In this document: positions 48,229 to 57,589 of the stretch, one piece after another
How the letters are laid out: each line of letters starts with the position of its first letter
Numbering within the stretch: the stretch's first letter is position 1
Source of the DNA: a virus
Taxonomy: Duplodnaviria; Caudoviricetes
Virus record (IMG/VR): IMGVR_UViG_2791355311_000001
Coordinates: 20,471-84,470 of that record
DNA length: 64,000 nt
Reading direction: 5' to 3' (one strand)
Program-made: the position numbers and the translations under genes
Notes under the pieces: generated by a model
What the model was told of the DNA's origin: nothing
The model's database searches: none
What the model saw: only the letters and a program-made list of their open reading frames with translations

Positions 48229-48972
48229 ATGTCATTAAGTAACAAAATTAAAAAAGCAAGAAAACAAGCCAATTTAACACAACTACAATTATCAAAATTG
48301 TTAGGTATAAATCGTGCTTCTATAACACAATACGAAACAGATGTAGCTATTCCACCTGTTGCAACACTAAAACTTATTGCCGATGCTTGTGGTGTTGCTA
48401 TGACTTTCTTTTTTGATGATGAGCTAGAAATTAACAGACAAATTGTAAAACAAGAATTAAAAAACAATTTTGCAAAGTATGCTGACCTAATCCCAAACCA
48501 AGCACAGATAAAAAACACAGTATTTTTACCAAAATCCGAAATGGTTATCGGTGCAGGTGCTGAGGGCACTTTTGATTTGAGCTTATTTGAGAGCGAGACA
48601 AGGATAGCAGTTGACAAGAAATTCATAAAAGGTCTAAACCCTGCCAATCTAAAATTATTCGAAGTCGTAGGAGATAGTATGTTTCCTGAGTATGATGAGG
48701 GCGACCTAGCCATTGTGGATATGGTAAATCATCGCTATGATTTTATCAAGATAGCAGGTATATATATTGTCCGAGTTGGCGATGTAATTTATATTAAGCG
48801 TGTTGAGTTTTTACCAGAAAATGCCGTTAAACTAATCTCCCTAAACTCAAAATACGGCGATATGTATCCACATAAAGATGGCTATGAATGCGAAATTTTA
48901 GGTAAGGTTTGTGGAAAAATCAAGTTTGAAATTTCAAAAGGCTTAACATTTTCAGATAGTGGAATAAAATAA
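48229..48972 (+). CDS. Second XRE-HTH / S24 repressor
   Basis: IKKARK..LTQLQL HTH, GAG, GDSMFP, IKRV, ILGKV. Confidence 0.9.
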   Translation: MSLSNKIKKARKQANLTQLQLSKLLGINRASITQYETDVAIPPVATLKLIADACGVAMTFFFDDELEINRQIVKQELKNNFAKYADLIPNQAQIKNTVFLPKSEMVIGAGAEGTFDLSLFESETRIAVDKKFIKGLNPANLKLFEVVGDSMFPEYDEGDLAIVDMVNHRYDFIKIAGIYIVRVGDVIYIKRVEFLPENAVKLISLNSKYGDMYPHKDGYECEILGKVCGKIKFEISKGLTFSDSGIK

Positions 48973-49164
48973 AAGAGTTAAATAAAGCTAGTTGAAACAA
49001 GATAAAGCAAAATAAAACAAGGTGAAGTAAATTTCATTTTTTTTTAAACAATTTTGCATTATAATATAGAGCTACAAGGAAAAATAAAAGAAAATGTTTA
49101 AAATTAGACACTTTTTGTCTAGTTTTTTGTTTTTTAATTGATAAAAAAAGTACAAGGCAAAGCA

Positions 49165-49529
49165 TTGAATGACTTAGCACAAGTAGCTATACAACATGCT
49201 AACACTACAATATCAATAGCAAATACTTTTTTAGTGTGGGGTGGGATTTTTATAGCCATAGTGACTTTTTATCTGCCTTATATTTCAACAGAGATAAAAA
49301 TAATGATATAAAAAAAGCAATATCTGAAGTATTGGACAAAATAAATAAAGATAAACAAGTAAGAAACGAGCTAATACAATCTATTTTAAAGAACGATGAG
49401 TTTAAAACAGAGTTTAAAGCTATGATAGACTTGGCTATAAGAGACCAATTAGACTTAGATAAAGAGCAAGGTTTATCAAACATAGAAACACCAAAATCCA
49501 AAAAGGAGAGCGAACGATGGAAATTTTAA
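49165..49529 (+). pseudogene. Membrane protein with a probable 1-nt frameshift
   Basis: TTG start gives NDLAQ...FLVWGGIFIAIVT; one more T in the run at 49266-49270 joins it to FLSALYFNRDK of ORF 49236-49529. Confidence 0.55.
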
Positions 49530-50110
49530 AATGGGCAAATGTTTCATCAGAAGAAATTTTGCAAAAATTAGATTTAACTACCCCGCCGTTTGACCCTTTT
49601 AAAATTGCTGAATTAATGGGAATAACAGTAAAAAATGATTTAAATTTTGATGAGCTTGCAAGCGATGGCATGATTTATTTAAATAATAATATACCTGAAA
49701 TTTGGATAAATCCAATCAAACCAGAAAAAAGACAAATATTTACACTAGCTCACGAGCTAGGACACTTGGTTTATCATGTTTTGCCAAATATTGAAAAATT
49801 CCAAAATCCTATAAGAGATGATTATTCTACTCTTTACAGAAATGGAGTAAGAAACCCACAAGAAACATTAGCTAATAGATTTGCTGCAAATCTAATCATG
49901 CCGTTAAAATACATGATGGATTTTACAGATAGACTATTTGAAGAAACAAAAGGCGAAGAGCTAAACAGAAGAAATATTATAGATGCACTTGTTGGAGAAT
50001 TTAACGTTTCAAAAGATGCCATGATTATAAGGCTTAAACAACTAAAAACTATACCTCAAGACTATGATTACAATGATGATAGTAAACAAAAAATAATGAG
50101 CGGGTATTAA
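49517..50110 (+). CDS. ImmA/IrrE-family metallopeptidase
   Basis: FTLAHELGH, E..ANRFAANLIMP, FNVS..AM..RL. Confidence 0.9.
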   Translation: MEILKWANVSSEEILQKLDLTTPPFDPFKIAELMGITVKNDLNFDELASDGMIYLNNNIPEIWINPIKPEKRQIFTLAHELGHLVYHVLPNIEKFQNPIRDDYSTLYRNGVRNPQETLANRFAANLIMPLKYMMDFTDRLFEETKGEELNRRNIIDALVGEFNVSKDAMIIRLKQLKTIPQDYDYNDDSKQKIMSGY

Positions 50111-50169
50111 AGTGGCAGAGCCCTACGGAGCTTATCTGTTGAATGAGTTAGTATTGTAGCAATAAAACG

Positions 50170-50457
50170 TTAATAAGCATCTTTTCTATCTGTAACTTTT
50201 AACACGTATATTATTAGCTTATCATCTATCTTTTCATAGATAACCCTAAAACTTCTAAGGCGTAACCTAAAAAGCCCTTTTAATTCGCCTTTTAGGTGTT
50301 TTATTTTGCTTGTTTTTATAAGCTCTTTTTCGTATTCGTGATTAAAATTTAGCTCAAATTCTTTTAATGCCTTTAATATAAATGTTCTTGTGCTTTTTTC
50401 AAGGTTAAAAAGTTCTTTTTCAGCTCTTTTATCAAACTCTATTTTATAGCTCATCAT
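50170..50457 (-). CDS. RelE/ParE-family toxin
   Basis: YKIEF..RAEKEL, FRLRL.SFRVIY, V.DRKDAY. Confidence 0.88.
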   Translation of the reverse strand: MMSYKIEFDKRAEKELFNLEKSTRTFILKALKEFELNFNHEYEKELIKTSKIKHLKGELKGLFRLRLRSFRVIYEKIDDKLIIYVLKVTDRKDAY

Positions 50458-50659
50458 TTAACTTTATAAGCTCATCTAAGCTATGCCCTTTTTGTTTGTC
50501 TTTTGCTCTTTGCTCGGCTAGTTTTAAGTCAAGTATATCAAAGTAATAATCTAGTGCTTGTCTAACTAAAGCACTTTTACTCTCGCCTAGCTCTTTTGAT
50601 ATGCTTGCAAGTTCTTCGTTTAAGCCACTTGGCAAAGACAGCATTACATTATCACGCAT
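50444..50659 (-). CDS. RHH antitoxin (RelB-like)
   Basis: SLP..L..EL...SKSALVRQAL, overlaps the toxin start. Confidence 0.85.
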   Translation of the reverse strand: MRDNVMLSLPSGLNEELASISKELGESKSALVRQALDYYFDILDLKLAEQRAKDKQKGHSLDELIKLNDEL

Positions 50660-50808
50660 AAAGTATCCTTTTTTTATTTGTGATTATATACTTTTATATA
50701 TATAATTGTCAATATCCAAAACATTATATAAACATTCTTTTAAATTCCATATAAAAGTAAATGAAATAATTAATGTACATATTTTTTTTACTTTTTTGTA
50801 AAAATATC

Positions 50809-50837
50809 TTGACAAATGTAAAATATTTATGTACAAT
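50809..50837 (+). promoter_or_regulatory. Sigma70 promoter of the early operon
   Basis: TTGACA-17 nt-TACAAT. Confidence 0.75.
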
Positions 50838-51238
50838 TACACCAACAAAACAAAGGAGCCCCACTCCTAGCTAGGGTTTAGCTAAAGCTACGGGTAGCGT
50901 CAGTATGTAGGCGATAATTATATACTCGGTTCAAGCCCCGATAGTAGTGTGTTCGGGGGTAGTAAAATCCACACTTTTTAAAACAAAAATATGCACATTA
51001 GGCAATGAGCTTTCAACAATTGACATCTTATAGTACTTTTTAGAAATTAGAGTTATCGAACCTTTCTTAAATTGAAATTGATTTTCGGCGGCGGTTTAGC
51101 AACTTGCTTAGTGTGTATTTTTTTGTTTTAAAGGATATTAGATGATAGAAGCATTTATTAGAGGTTTTGAGTTTGGCATTATTACAGGCTGTGAGCTTGT
51201 GCTTTTTGCTTGGTTTTTGGTCTTTATAGTTGATACGA

Positions 51239-51547
51239 TTAGACTTGTTTATTTAAAGCTTCGCAATCGGTTTTAGCTAGTTCGCACTTGCCTTTATTAA
51301 AGTTAGGACAGCCCACACGAACAGGTTTGTTATTTTCATAAGTGATAACGACATTTGTTGTATAGTCCATCACTTGACCGTTGATTTTAACAGGTATAGC
51401 ACAGCTTCCGGTGCTTTGAGTTATAAAGATTTTCTTATCTTTAAAACGAAAATATTTAAAAGCAACAAGCCAACCACAACAAAACCCAGCGATAAAGATT
51501 ACTAATTCATAAGCATTAAGTGTTTTAAGATAATTTATCCATTCCAT
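51239..51547 (-). CDS. Membrane-anchored Cys-containing moron protein
   Basis: N-terminal TM, periplasm-like Cys-rich tail. Confidence 0.55.
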   Translation of the reverse strand: MEWINYLKTLNAYELVIFIAGFCCGWLVAFKYFRFKDKKIFITQSTGSCAIPVKINGQVMDYTTNVVITYENNKPVRVGCPNFNKGKCELAKTDCEALNKQV

Positions 51548-51675
51548 TTAGAAAGTATAACAGATTTTGTACACATATACAAGCCCTTATGACTTCAAAG
51601 AAATTCAACATAAAAGCCATGCAGACATAAAAACTCCTTATTAATTAAATCAAAAAAAATTGGAGTTGTAAGGGT

Positions 51676-52428
51676 TTGTATATGTGTAAAAAAAGGAGTG
51701 ATTATGAAAACTATAAAAAAGATTTTGAGCTTATTTCAAAAAAAGGGTGCAGTTATCAAAAATATAAGATTTTTGTACCTAGAAAGGATTTAACAATGAA
51801 TAAGTTTAAAAAATATTGCCCTAACGTATTTATCGCTGAATGTGATAGCGAACATCAAAAGGGCGAGATAATAGAGCTAACAAGCAACTACGGCAAGACA
51901 TCAAAGCACGAAGTTTATAACCTGATAGCAAATAAAAATGGAAAATTTTATTATTCGATTGTAAGAACAGACAGCGAAAGCTACGCACAGAAAAAAGCAA
52001 ACAGATACAGAAAAAGCGAAGCAAACCTAAAAGACATATCAAAGCAAAGTGCCATAAATGCAACAAAAATGCTTGAAAATGTGCCTATGGGTCAGCCTAT
52101 TATCGTAGGAAGTAGCAAGGAAGCAGGACATAGAGCCTTACTTAAAAGAAGTGATAACGCGATGAGAAAAAGCTGGGAAGAACATGAAAAAGCAAAAGAT
52201 TACGAAGATAAAAGCAGATATTGGGAAGAAAAGGCGACAGAGATAACTTTGGCTATGCCTTATTGTTTAGAGTATTTTTTAGATGAGCTGGAAAAAGCAA
52301 AAGAGTATCATCAAGGGCTAAAAACCGGCAAATACGAAAAAGAACACAGCTACACACTAACTTATGCTAACAAAAGAGTTAAAGACCTAGATAAAAAAGT
52401 GCAAGTAGCTACTATTTTATGGGGATAA
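51676..52428 (+). CDS. DUF3560-like phage protein (true start probably MNKFKK)
   Basis: PMGQPIIVG...HR..L.R..NAMRK. Confidence 0.7.
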   Translation: MYMCKKRSDYENYKKDFELISKKGCSYQKYKIFVPRKDLTMNKFKKYCPNVFIAECDSEHQKGEIIELTSNYGKTSKHEVYNLIANKNGKFYYSIVRTDSESYAQKKANRYRKSEANLKDISKQSAINATKMLENVPMGQPIIVGSSKEAGHRALLKRSDNAMRKSWEEHEKAKDYEDKSRYWEEKATEITLAMPYCLEYFLDELEKAKEYHQGLKTGKYEKEHSYTLTYANKRVKDLDKKVQVATILWG

Positions 52429-52437
52429 GGATTTAAA

Positions 52438-52650
52438 ATGTTATTAGAAAGCTATGAAAAAGATTTATTAACACACGAACAAATACAAGCAAGAACAGAC
52501 TTATTATTTGATGAGTTTAGCTCAAAGCTAGATGATATCTTTGCTAATGCAAATGCAGAAATAGAGCATTTGGTATCAAACTACGAAGAGTATATCAAAT
52601 ACAAAGATTTACAAGATGAGATAAAAGCTCAAGCAAGAGCATTTTTTTAA
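52438..52650 (+). CDS. Hypothetical protein
   Basis: AAGGA RBS. Confidence 0.55.
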   Translation: MLLESYEKDLLTHEQIQARTDLLFDEFSSKLDDIFANANAEIEHLVSNYEEYIKYKDLQDEIKAQARAFF

Positions 52651-52762
52651 AAGGTAAAAAGATGAGATACAAAGACTTTCAAAGATATGTAGATATTTTT
52701 AACCAAAAAGGTGCAACTATGCACGAGTTTATACTGTTTTTAAAAGCGATAAAGGGTTAAAG

Positions 52763-53557
52763 ATGACAAACGCAGAGTATCATGCAAGACCCGAAATAAG
52801 TAAAAGTGATTTGGATTTACTAGCTAAAAGCCCTTATCACTTTAAGAACAAGGATAAGTTTAGAACGGAAACTAAGAGCCTTTTGTTAGGCTCACTCGTG
52901 CATAAACTTGTCCTTGAGCCAAATGACCTTTATAACGAGTTTGCTATCGAGCCAGATTGTGATAAAAGAACAAAGGCTGGTAAAGAAATTTATCAAGAGT
53001 TTTTAGAAGAAAATCAAGATAAAAGCATTGTTGAGGTATCTGTTTTTGATGAGGCTAAACAAATAGCAGATAGCGTTTTATATATGCGTGAAAGTGGACT
53101 TTTTTTAAAAGATGGGTTAGCCGAACAAAGCTATTTTGCCGAGATTGAAGGTGTAAAAGTCAAATGCCGACCTGACTTTTACAATGAAAAATTAGGCATT
53201 GCGATTGATTTAAAGACTACATCAGATGCAAGTGCTTTGGGCTTTGCAAAGAGTGTAGCAAACTTTAACTATCACATACAAGCAAGTTTTTACAGTGATA
53301 TTTTAAGGGCAAACGGAAAAGAAGTAAATAACTTCCTTTTTATAGCAGTTGAAACAAAAGCCCCTTATATGGTGGGATTTTATGAGCTTGATGAAGTTGC
53401 TTTGCAAAAAGGTAGGGAAGATTATTTAAAACTATTAGAACTTTATAAAAACTGTAAGCAACGCAACGAATGGTGGGGCTATGCAAAGTATGAAGATGAT
53501 AAGGTATCACATATTCAAACGATAAGCTTACCTAGCTGGAAGTTTTACGAAAAATAA
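52763..53557 (+). CDS. RecE / exonuclease VIII-like PD-(D/E)xK nuclease
   Basis: YH...ISKS.L, GSLVH..VLEP, KCRPD, IDLKTT, YHIQA. Confidence 0.88.
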   Translation: MTNAEYHARPEISKSDLDLLAKSPYHFKNKDKFRTETKSLLLGSLVHKLVLEPNDLYNEFAIEPDCDKRTKAGKEIYQEFLEENQDKSIVEVSVFDEAKQIADSVLYMRESGLFLKDGLAEQSYFAEIEGVKVKCRPDFYNEKLGIAIDLKTTSDASALGFAKSVANFNYHIQASFYSDILRANGKEVNNFLFIAVETKAPYMVGFYELDEVALQKGREDYLKLLELYKNCKQRNEWWGYAKYEDDKVSHIQTISLPSWKFYEK

Positions 53558-53582
53558 AGCGTAATAAGGTTTTAATCTAATT

Positions 53583-54578
53583 TTGAATAAAATTATTAAC
53601 AAAACAAAGGGGGTTAATATGAGCGATGAAAGGCTATCTAACAAGTCAATAAGAAAAGCTGGGGCAAATCTTAAAGATAATATAGCTACTAGCGATGATT
53701 TAGACATTATCTCAACGTTTAGAAGCAACCATATCCCCCTTATGAAAATGCTTGTAAAAACACTTAGTAAAAAACTTCCAAAGCCCATATTTATAGCAAG
53801 GCGATTAAAAAGGCTAAATTCTATAAAAGCAAAGCTAACGCGTTTTAGCGGTATGAATTTAGACAGAATGCAAGATATAGGTGGTGTTAGGGCAGTTTTT
53901 AAAAATGACAATGAAGTTATGAACTTTGCAAGAAAAGTTAAAGAGACCTATTCCGAAAAAGGTGCTTTGGAAATCGTAAAAGAAAATGACTACATCAAAG
54001 AGCCAAAAGATGACGGATATAGGAGTTATCATATTATTTTTAAATATAACGGAAAAATACCATCAGTTAGTGGCTATCATATAGAACTACAGCTAAGGAG
54101 CATTTTACAGCATTATTGGGCTACAGCAGTTGAGATTTTAGCTTTAAAAAGCGAAACAAACATAAAAGCAGGATACGGGCAAGAGCATTATAAACGATTT
54201 TTTTGGCTATGTGCTGAACTTTTTACAGGCAAGAAAGAGTTTATAGAAGAGATAAAAGAGCTTGATGACAAGCACAATATCTTAATATTACTAAGTGGCT
54301 TAAACGTAGTTGCGAACAAATTACAGGATAAAGGGCAAGAGGGCTTATACCTTTTGATACTAGATACACAAAGCTCAGTTTTAAAACTTTTAGAGTTTGG
54401 TAAAAATGAGATTGAAACCGCGAAGGAAATGTATCAAAACCTTGAAACCAGTAAGAAAACTCAAAGCGTTTTAGTTAGCGTTGATAGCATCAAAAAACTT
54501 AAAAAAGCCTATCCTAACTATTTTATGGATGCAAAGAGTTTTATCAAAGAAGTAAAACAAAGGGCTAAATATGAATGA
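53583..54578 (+). CDS. RelA/SpoT-domain protein (small alarmone synthetase with C-terminal extension)
   Basis: RLKR..SI..KL, MQDIGGVR, DGYRSYH, IELQLRS..QH.WA. Confidence 0.88.
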   Translation: MNKIINKTKGVNMSDERLSNKSIRKAGANLKDNIATSDDLDIISTFRSNHIPLMKMLVKTLSKKLPKPIFIARRLKRLNSIKAKLTRFSGMNLDRMQDIGGVRAVFKNDNEVMNFARKVKETYSEKGALEIVKENDYIKEPKDDGYRSYHIIFKYNGKIPSVSGYHIELQLRSILQHYWATAVEILALKSETNIKAGYGQEHYKRFFWLCAELFTGKKEFIEEIKELDDKHNILILLSGLNVVANKLQDKGQEGLYLLILDTQSSVLKLLEFGKNEIETAKEMYQNLETSKKTQSVLVSVDSIKKLKKAYPNYFMDAKSFIKEVKQRAKYE

Positions 54579-54816
54579 AAAAGTGCTTATAAAAGACATT
54601 AAAGGGCTTGATTTTAAGTGCAATACCTGCGGTCTTAACTTATCCTATATTTTAGACACGCAACAAACATTTATAAACGAATGCCCCAACTGTGGTGCAG
54701 AATGGCTACCAGCACAGCTAAATATAGAAAATGTAAGAAATTTAAAAAGTATATTCAAAGTATTATCAAAGATAGCTGGTGCTGATATTAGTTTGAGTTT
54801 TGAAAAGGAGAAATAA
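54571..54816 (+). CDS. Small zinc-ribbon protein
   Basis: CNTC...CPNC. Confidence 0.65.
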   Translation: MNEKVLIKDIKGLDFKCNTCGLNLSYILDTQQTFINECPNCGAEWLPAQLNIENVRNLKSIFKVLSKIAGADISLSFEKEK

Positions 54817-54950
54817 TGGCAGAAGATAAAGAAGTAGCTAAAACAAAAATAACTCAAAATAGAAAAAAAGAAATAAAAGAAAAAATGAAAAATGTAGTTT
54901 TGCAAAACCCAAAAGTAAAAGCAGTCTTTGAAAGGCTAAAATATAAATGA
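54816..54950 (+). CDS. Short putative antitoxin (44 aa)
   Basis: Not in the ORF track. MAEDKEVAK...KAVFERLKYK, ATGA overlap with doc; the C-terminal helix resembles Phd-type tails. Confidence 0.6.
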   Translation: MAEDKEVAKTKITQNRKKEIKEKMKNVVLQNPKVKAVFERLKYK

Positions 54951-55324
54951 AATATTTTAAAATTCAAGATGCAATAACATTACACGATTATATAATAAGT
55001 GATATGGGTGGGGCAAGTGGCTATAATAAAGAAAGCATAGGTTACTTATCATCTGCACTAGACCAAATACAAAATGATGAATTTTATCCTGATTTTATTG
55101 ATAAATTAACTCATCTAGTTTTTGCTTGTGTTAAATTTCATCCATTTTTAGACGGCAATAAAAGAACAGCTATTTACTTAGGAATTTTCTTTTTAGAATT
55201 AAACGGCTTTGATGGATATTTTGTCCATTTTGCAACCATAATGGAAGATGTGGTAGTTGATTTAGCAAGTGGAAAAATAGACAAAGAAGGGCTAAGAGAA
55301 GTTATTTATAATATTATTTATTAA
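54947..55324 (+). CDS. Doc/Fic-family toxin
   Basis: HPFLDGNKRTA. Confidence 0.92.
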   Translation: MKYFKIQDAITLHDYIISDMGGASGYNKESIGYLSSALDQIQNDEFYPDFIDKLTHLVFACVKFHPFLDGNKRTAIYLGIFFLELNGFDGYFVHFATIMEDVVVDLASGKIDKEGLREVIYNIIY

Positions 55325-55333
55325 GGAGAAATA

Positions 55334-55525
55334 ATGGCAGAAGATAAAGAGTTGGAACAAGAGATAAACAATGCGATATACGACGCTTTGGATAAATTAG
55401 CCCTTGAAGGACAAATCAAAAAAGACCTAATGGAAAAACAAGCCAAAAGACAACTCAACAGCTATCTAAAAAAGAAAGAGCAAAAAAAGGCACTTGATAA
55501 GGCTTTGGAAAAGTTGAAAAGATAA
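55334..55525 (+). CDS. Hypothetical protein
   Basis: Strong RBS, MAEDKE start. Confidence 0.6.
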   Translation: MAEDKELEQEINNAIYDALDKLALEGQIKKDLMEKQAKRQLNSYLKKKEQKKALDKALEKLKR

Positions 55526-55566
55526 CGGGATACCATTTTCTTGTCTAACTCTTAATTAGGCAATAA

Positions 55567-55872
55567 CTACGAATTAATCCATTCAGTAACATCTTTACTT
55601 AAATTGCTAATCCCGTTTAATTCATAAGGCAACTCAAAAACTAAACATTTATCGTTGCAGTCCAAACACTCTTTTTGTAGTTTGTCAAAAACTTCATTAT
55701 ATGAATATTTAGTTTTTAGTATCCAAGTAGTGTTTAAAATTTTACGACAATCCCCCAAAGTCGGGACAAGATTATCTATTGCTTTATAATTTTGTCCTTG
55801 TTTATACAAATCATAACATATTAATAATTTTTGCATTAGGTATCCTTTAAATTTGGCATCCCGCAAATACAT
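55567..55872 (-). CDS. Stand-alone Cas2/VapD-like ferredoxin-fold protein
   Basis: LLICYDL...NY....TWIL...D..D...V. Confidence 0.55.
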   Translation of the reverse strand: MYLRDAKFKGYLMQKLLICYDLYKQGQNYKAIDNLVPTLGDCRKILNTTWILKTKYSYNEVFDKLQKECLDCNDKCLVFELPYELNGISNLSKDVTEWINS

Positions 55873-55922
55873 TTTAATATTTTTATGATAAAAACCAAAT
55901 AATAATAAAAAAAGGAGCTATA

Positions 55923-56162
55923 ATGATTATTTCAAGCGAAGATACAAACCTAAACCCTATTACTCTACTTGTTAAGTATAAACAAACAACGCATAAAGAA
56001 CTAAGCGATAAGCTAGGCTATACCATAGATGAAATAAAAGAGTTTGAAAAACTTGATAAAGCCCTTATCCCTTTACGTTTTGAAAAAGCTTTGAATTTAT
56101 ACACAGAATTGCTTAAAACAAAAATATCCATTAAAGATATTTATAGTAAAATAAATATTTAA
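55923..56162 (+). CDS. HTH protein
   Basis: THKELSDKLGYTIDEI. Confidence 0.6.
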   Translation: MIISSEDTNLNPITLLVKYKQTTHKELSDKLGYTIDEIKEFEKLDKALIPLRFEKALNLYTELLKTKISIKDIYSKINI

Positions 56163-56176
56163 GACAAGGAGCAATA

Positions 56177-56401
56177 ATGGCAGATGAAAATATCGTTAAA
56201 AAGGTATGTAAAGAGCTAAATATAACACAGGCAGAGCTAGGAAGACAGCTCGATGTGCCACCATCTACAATAGGAACTTGGGCTAGTGGTAAAACCCCAA
56301 AAATGGCAGAAGTAGCACTAACTTTAATGCTTGAAAATAAAGAGCAAAAGGAAATTTTAGAAGCCATTAAGAAAGCAAGAGATTTTATAGGTCGGATTTA
56401 A
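56177..56401 (+). CDS. XRE HTH regulator
   Basis: VCKELNITQAELGRQLDVPPSTIGTW. Confidence 0.85.
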   Translation: MADENIVKKVCKELNITQAELGRQLDVPPSTIGTWASGKTPKMAEVALTLMLENKEQKEILEAIKKARDFIGRI

Positions 56402-56439
56402 AATCCGCTCTATATTTATAATTTTAAAAGGAGTATAAA

Positions 56440-56595
56440 ATGGCAGATGAGAAAGAAACACCAACGGGAAGCTATAATTTACAAATAAAAATCCCATATG
56501 AGTTAAAAGAAAAATTAGAAGCTTTGGCACAAGAAGCAGGAGTAAGCTTAAACCAATACATAATGTTTATGCTAATAAGAGAAACAAAAAAATAG
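56440..56595 (+). CDS. Arc/HicB-like RHH protein (51 aa)
   Basis: Not in the ORF track. LQIKIPYELKEKLEALAQEAGVSLNQYI, AAGGAG RBS. Confidence 0.75.
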   Translation: MADEKETPTGSYNLQIKIPYELKEKLEALAQEAGVSLNQYIMFMLIRETKK

Positions 56596-56668
56596 GCGGT
56601 CGGATTTTAAATCCGAGTGCTTTATTGCTAACTCAATGCAAAAAGATTAAAAAAATAATAATAAAGTA

Positions 56669-56697
56669 TTGACAAATAAATTATAATTCAATATAAT
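56669..56697 (+). promoter_or_regulatory. Consensus sigma70 promoter
   Basis: TTGACA-17 nt-TATAAT. Confidence 0.75.
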
Positions 56698-56723
56698 TTC
56701 AATAATAAATCATTGGAAAGGTA

Positions 56724-57464
56724 TTGATTATGAATAATTTAGTCATAAATCATAATGGCACACTAGCCACAACACAAAGTAAAGTTTCAGTTCTAACTGA
56801 CAATAGCGAACAATCAGTCCAAAGACTTATAAGAGAGTATAAAACCGATTTAGAAGAATTTGGAGTTTTGGAAGCATATAAAGAAGAAGTTCAAGCAGGG
56901 CTGGGCTATACTTATAAGAAAATATACTACCTAAACGAACAACAAGCAACACTATTACTTACTTATATGAAAAATACAAAGAAAGTAAGAGAAGCTAAAA
57001 AAATACTTGTTAAAGCTTTTTACGAGTTAAAAGCCGAAAACCAAAAACTAAAATTTGATAAATACATAAACGAAATTTCATCATTAAACGCAGTATTGAT
57101 AGACAAAGCAAAAAGACATCAAAGAGTGGTAAATGCTTATAAATCAAACCTATCACAACGCAAAAATGAGATAACTATACTAAAAAATGAGATAGCAAAA
57201 GCAAAGGCAGTTAATGATAATAGTTACAAGGCACTTTATCATAATGCAAGGCTAGAACGTGATTGTTATATAAATGCAAACGAAAGATTAAAGGCTATGT
57301 TTGCTGATAAAGAAAAAAGAGTTTTTGAGATATTGCAAAACATTTTAAAGCAAGTGGATAAGACTTATGGCGATATAGGAGCGTTAGTATCTTATGTTTG
57401 GGAAGATAACGATTATTTTATAAATCAAAGGAGATTAAATGGAGCAAAATCAAACAGGGTTTGA
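56724..57464 (+). CDS. Rha-like phage regulatory protein
   Basis: DLEEFG, YYLNEQQATLLLTYMKNT..V...K..LVKAF. Confidence 0.8.
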   Translation: MIMNNLVINHNGTLATTQSKVSVLTDNSEQSVQRLIREYKTDLEEFGVLEAYKEEVQAGLGYTYKKIYYLNEQQATLLLTYMKNTKKVREAKKILVKAFYELKAENQKLKFDKYINEISSLNAVLIDKAKRHQRVVNAYKSNLSQRKNEITILKNEIAKAKAVNDNSYKALYHNARLERDCYINANERLKAMFADKEKRVFEILQNILKQVDKTYGDIGALVSYVWEDNDYFINQRRLNGAKSNRV

Positions 57465-57589
57465 TGAGCTAAAATTAAAATTAGCAACAGCATTAGCAAC
57501 AGCAGAGGCGGAGATTAAGTTGTTAAATAGTGCAGTTGATGAACTAATTGCTGAAAATTACAAACTAAAAAACAATTAAAGGAGCTAAG

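Larger units (their letters stand above)
54805..55350 (+). repeat. 28-bp perfect direct repeat flanking the Doc cassette
   Basis: AAGGAGAAATAATGGCAGAAGATAAAGA at 54805-54832 and 55323-55350. Confidence 0.9.

Noticed and set aside
50850-50975. tRNA gene in the GC-rich stretch
   Set aside because: I could not build a cloverleaf with a proper T-loop and acceptor stem; kept only as a structured leader
55567-55872. CRISPR-Cas locus
   Set aside because: Lone Cas2-like fold, with no other cas genes and no repeat-spacer array seen in the window
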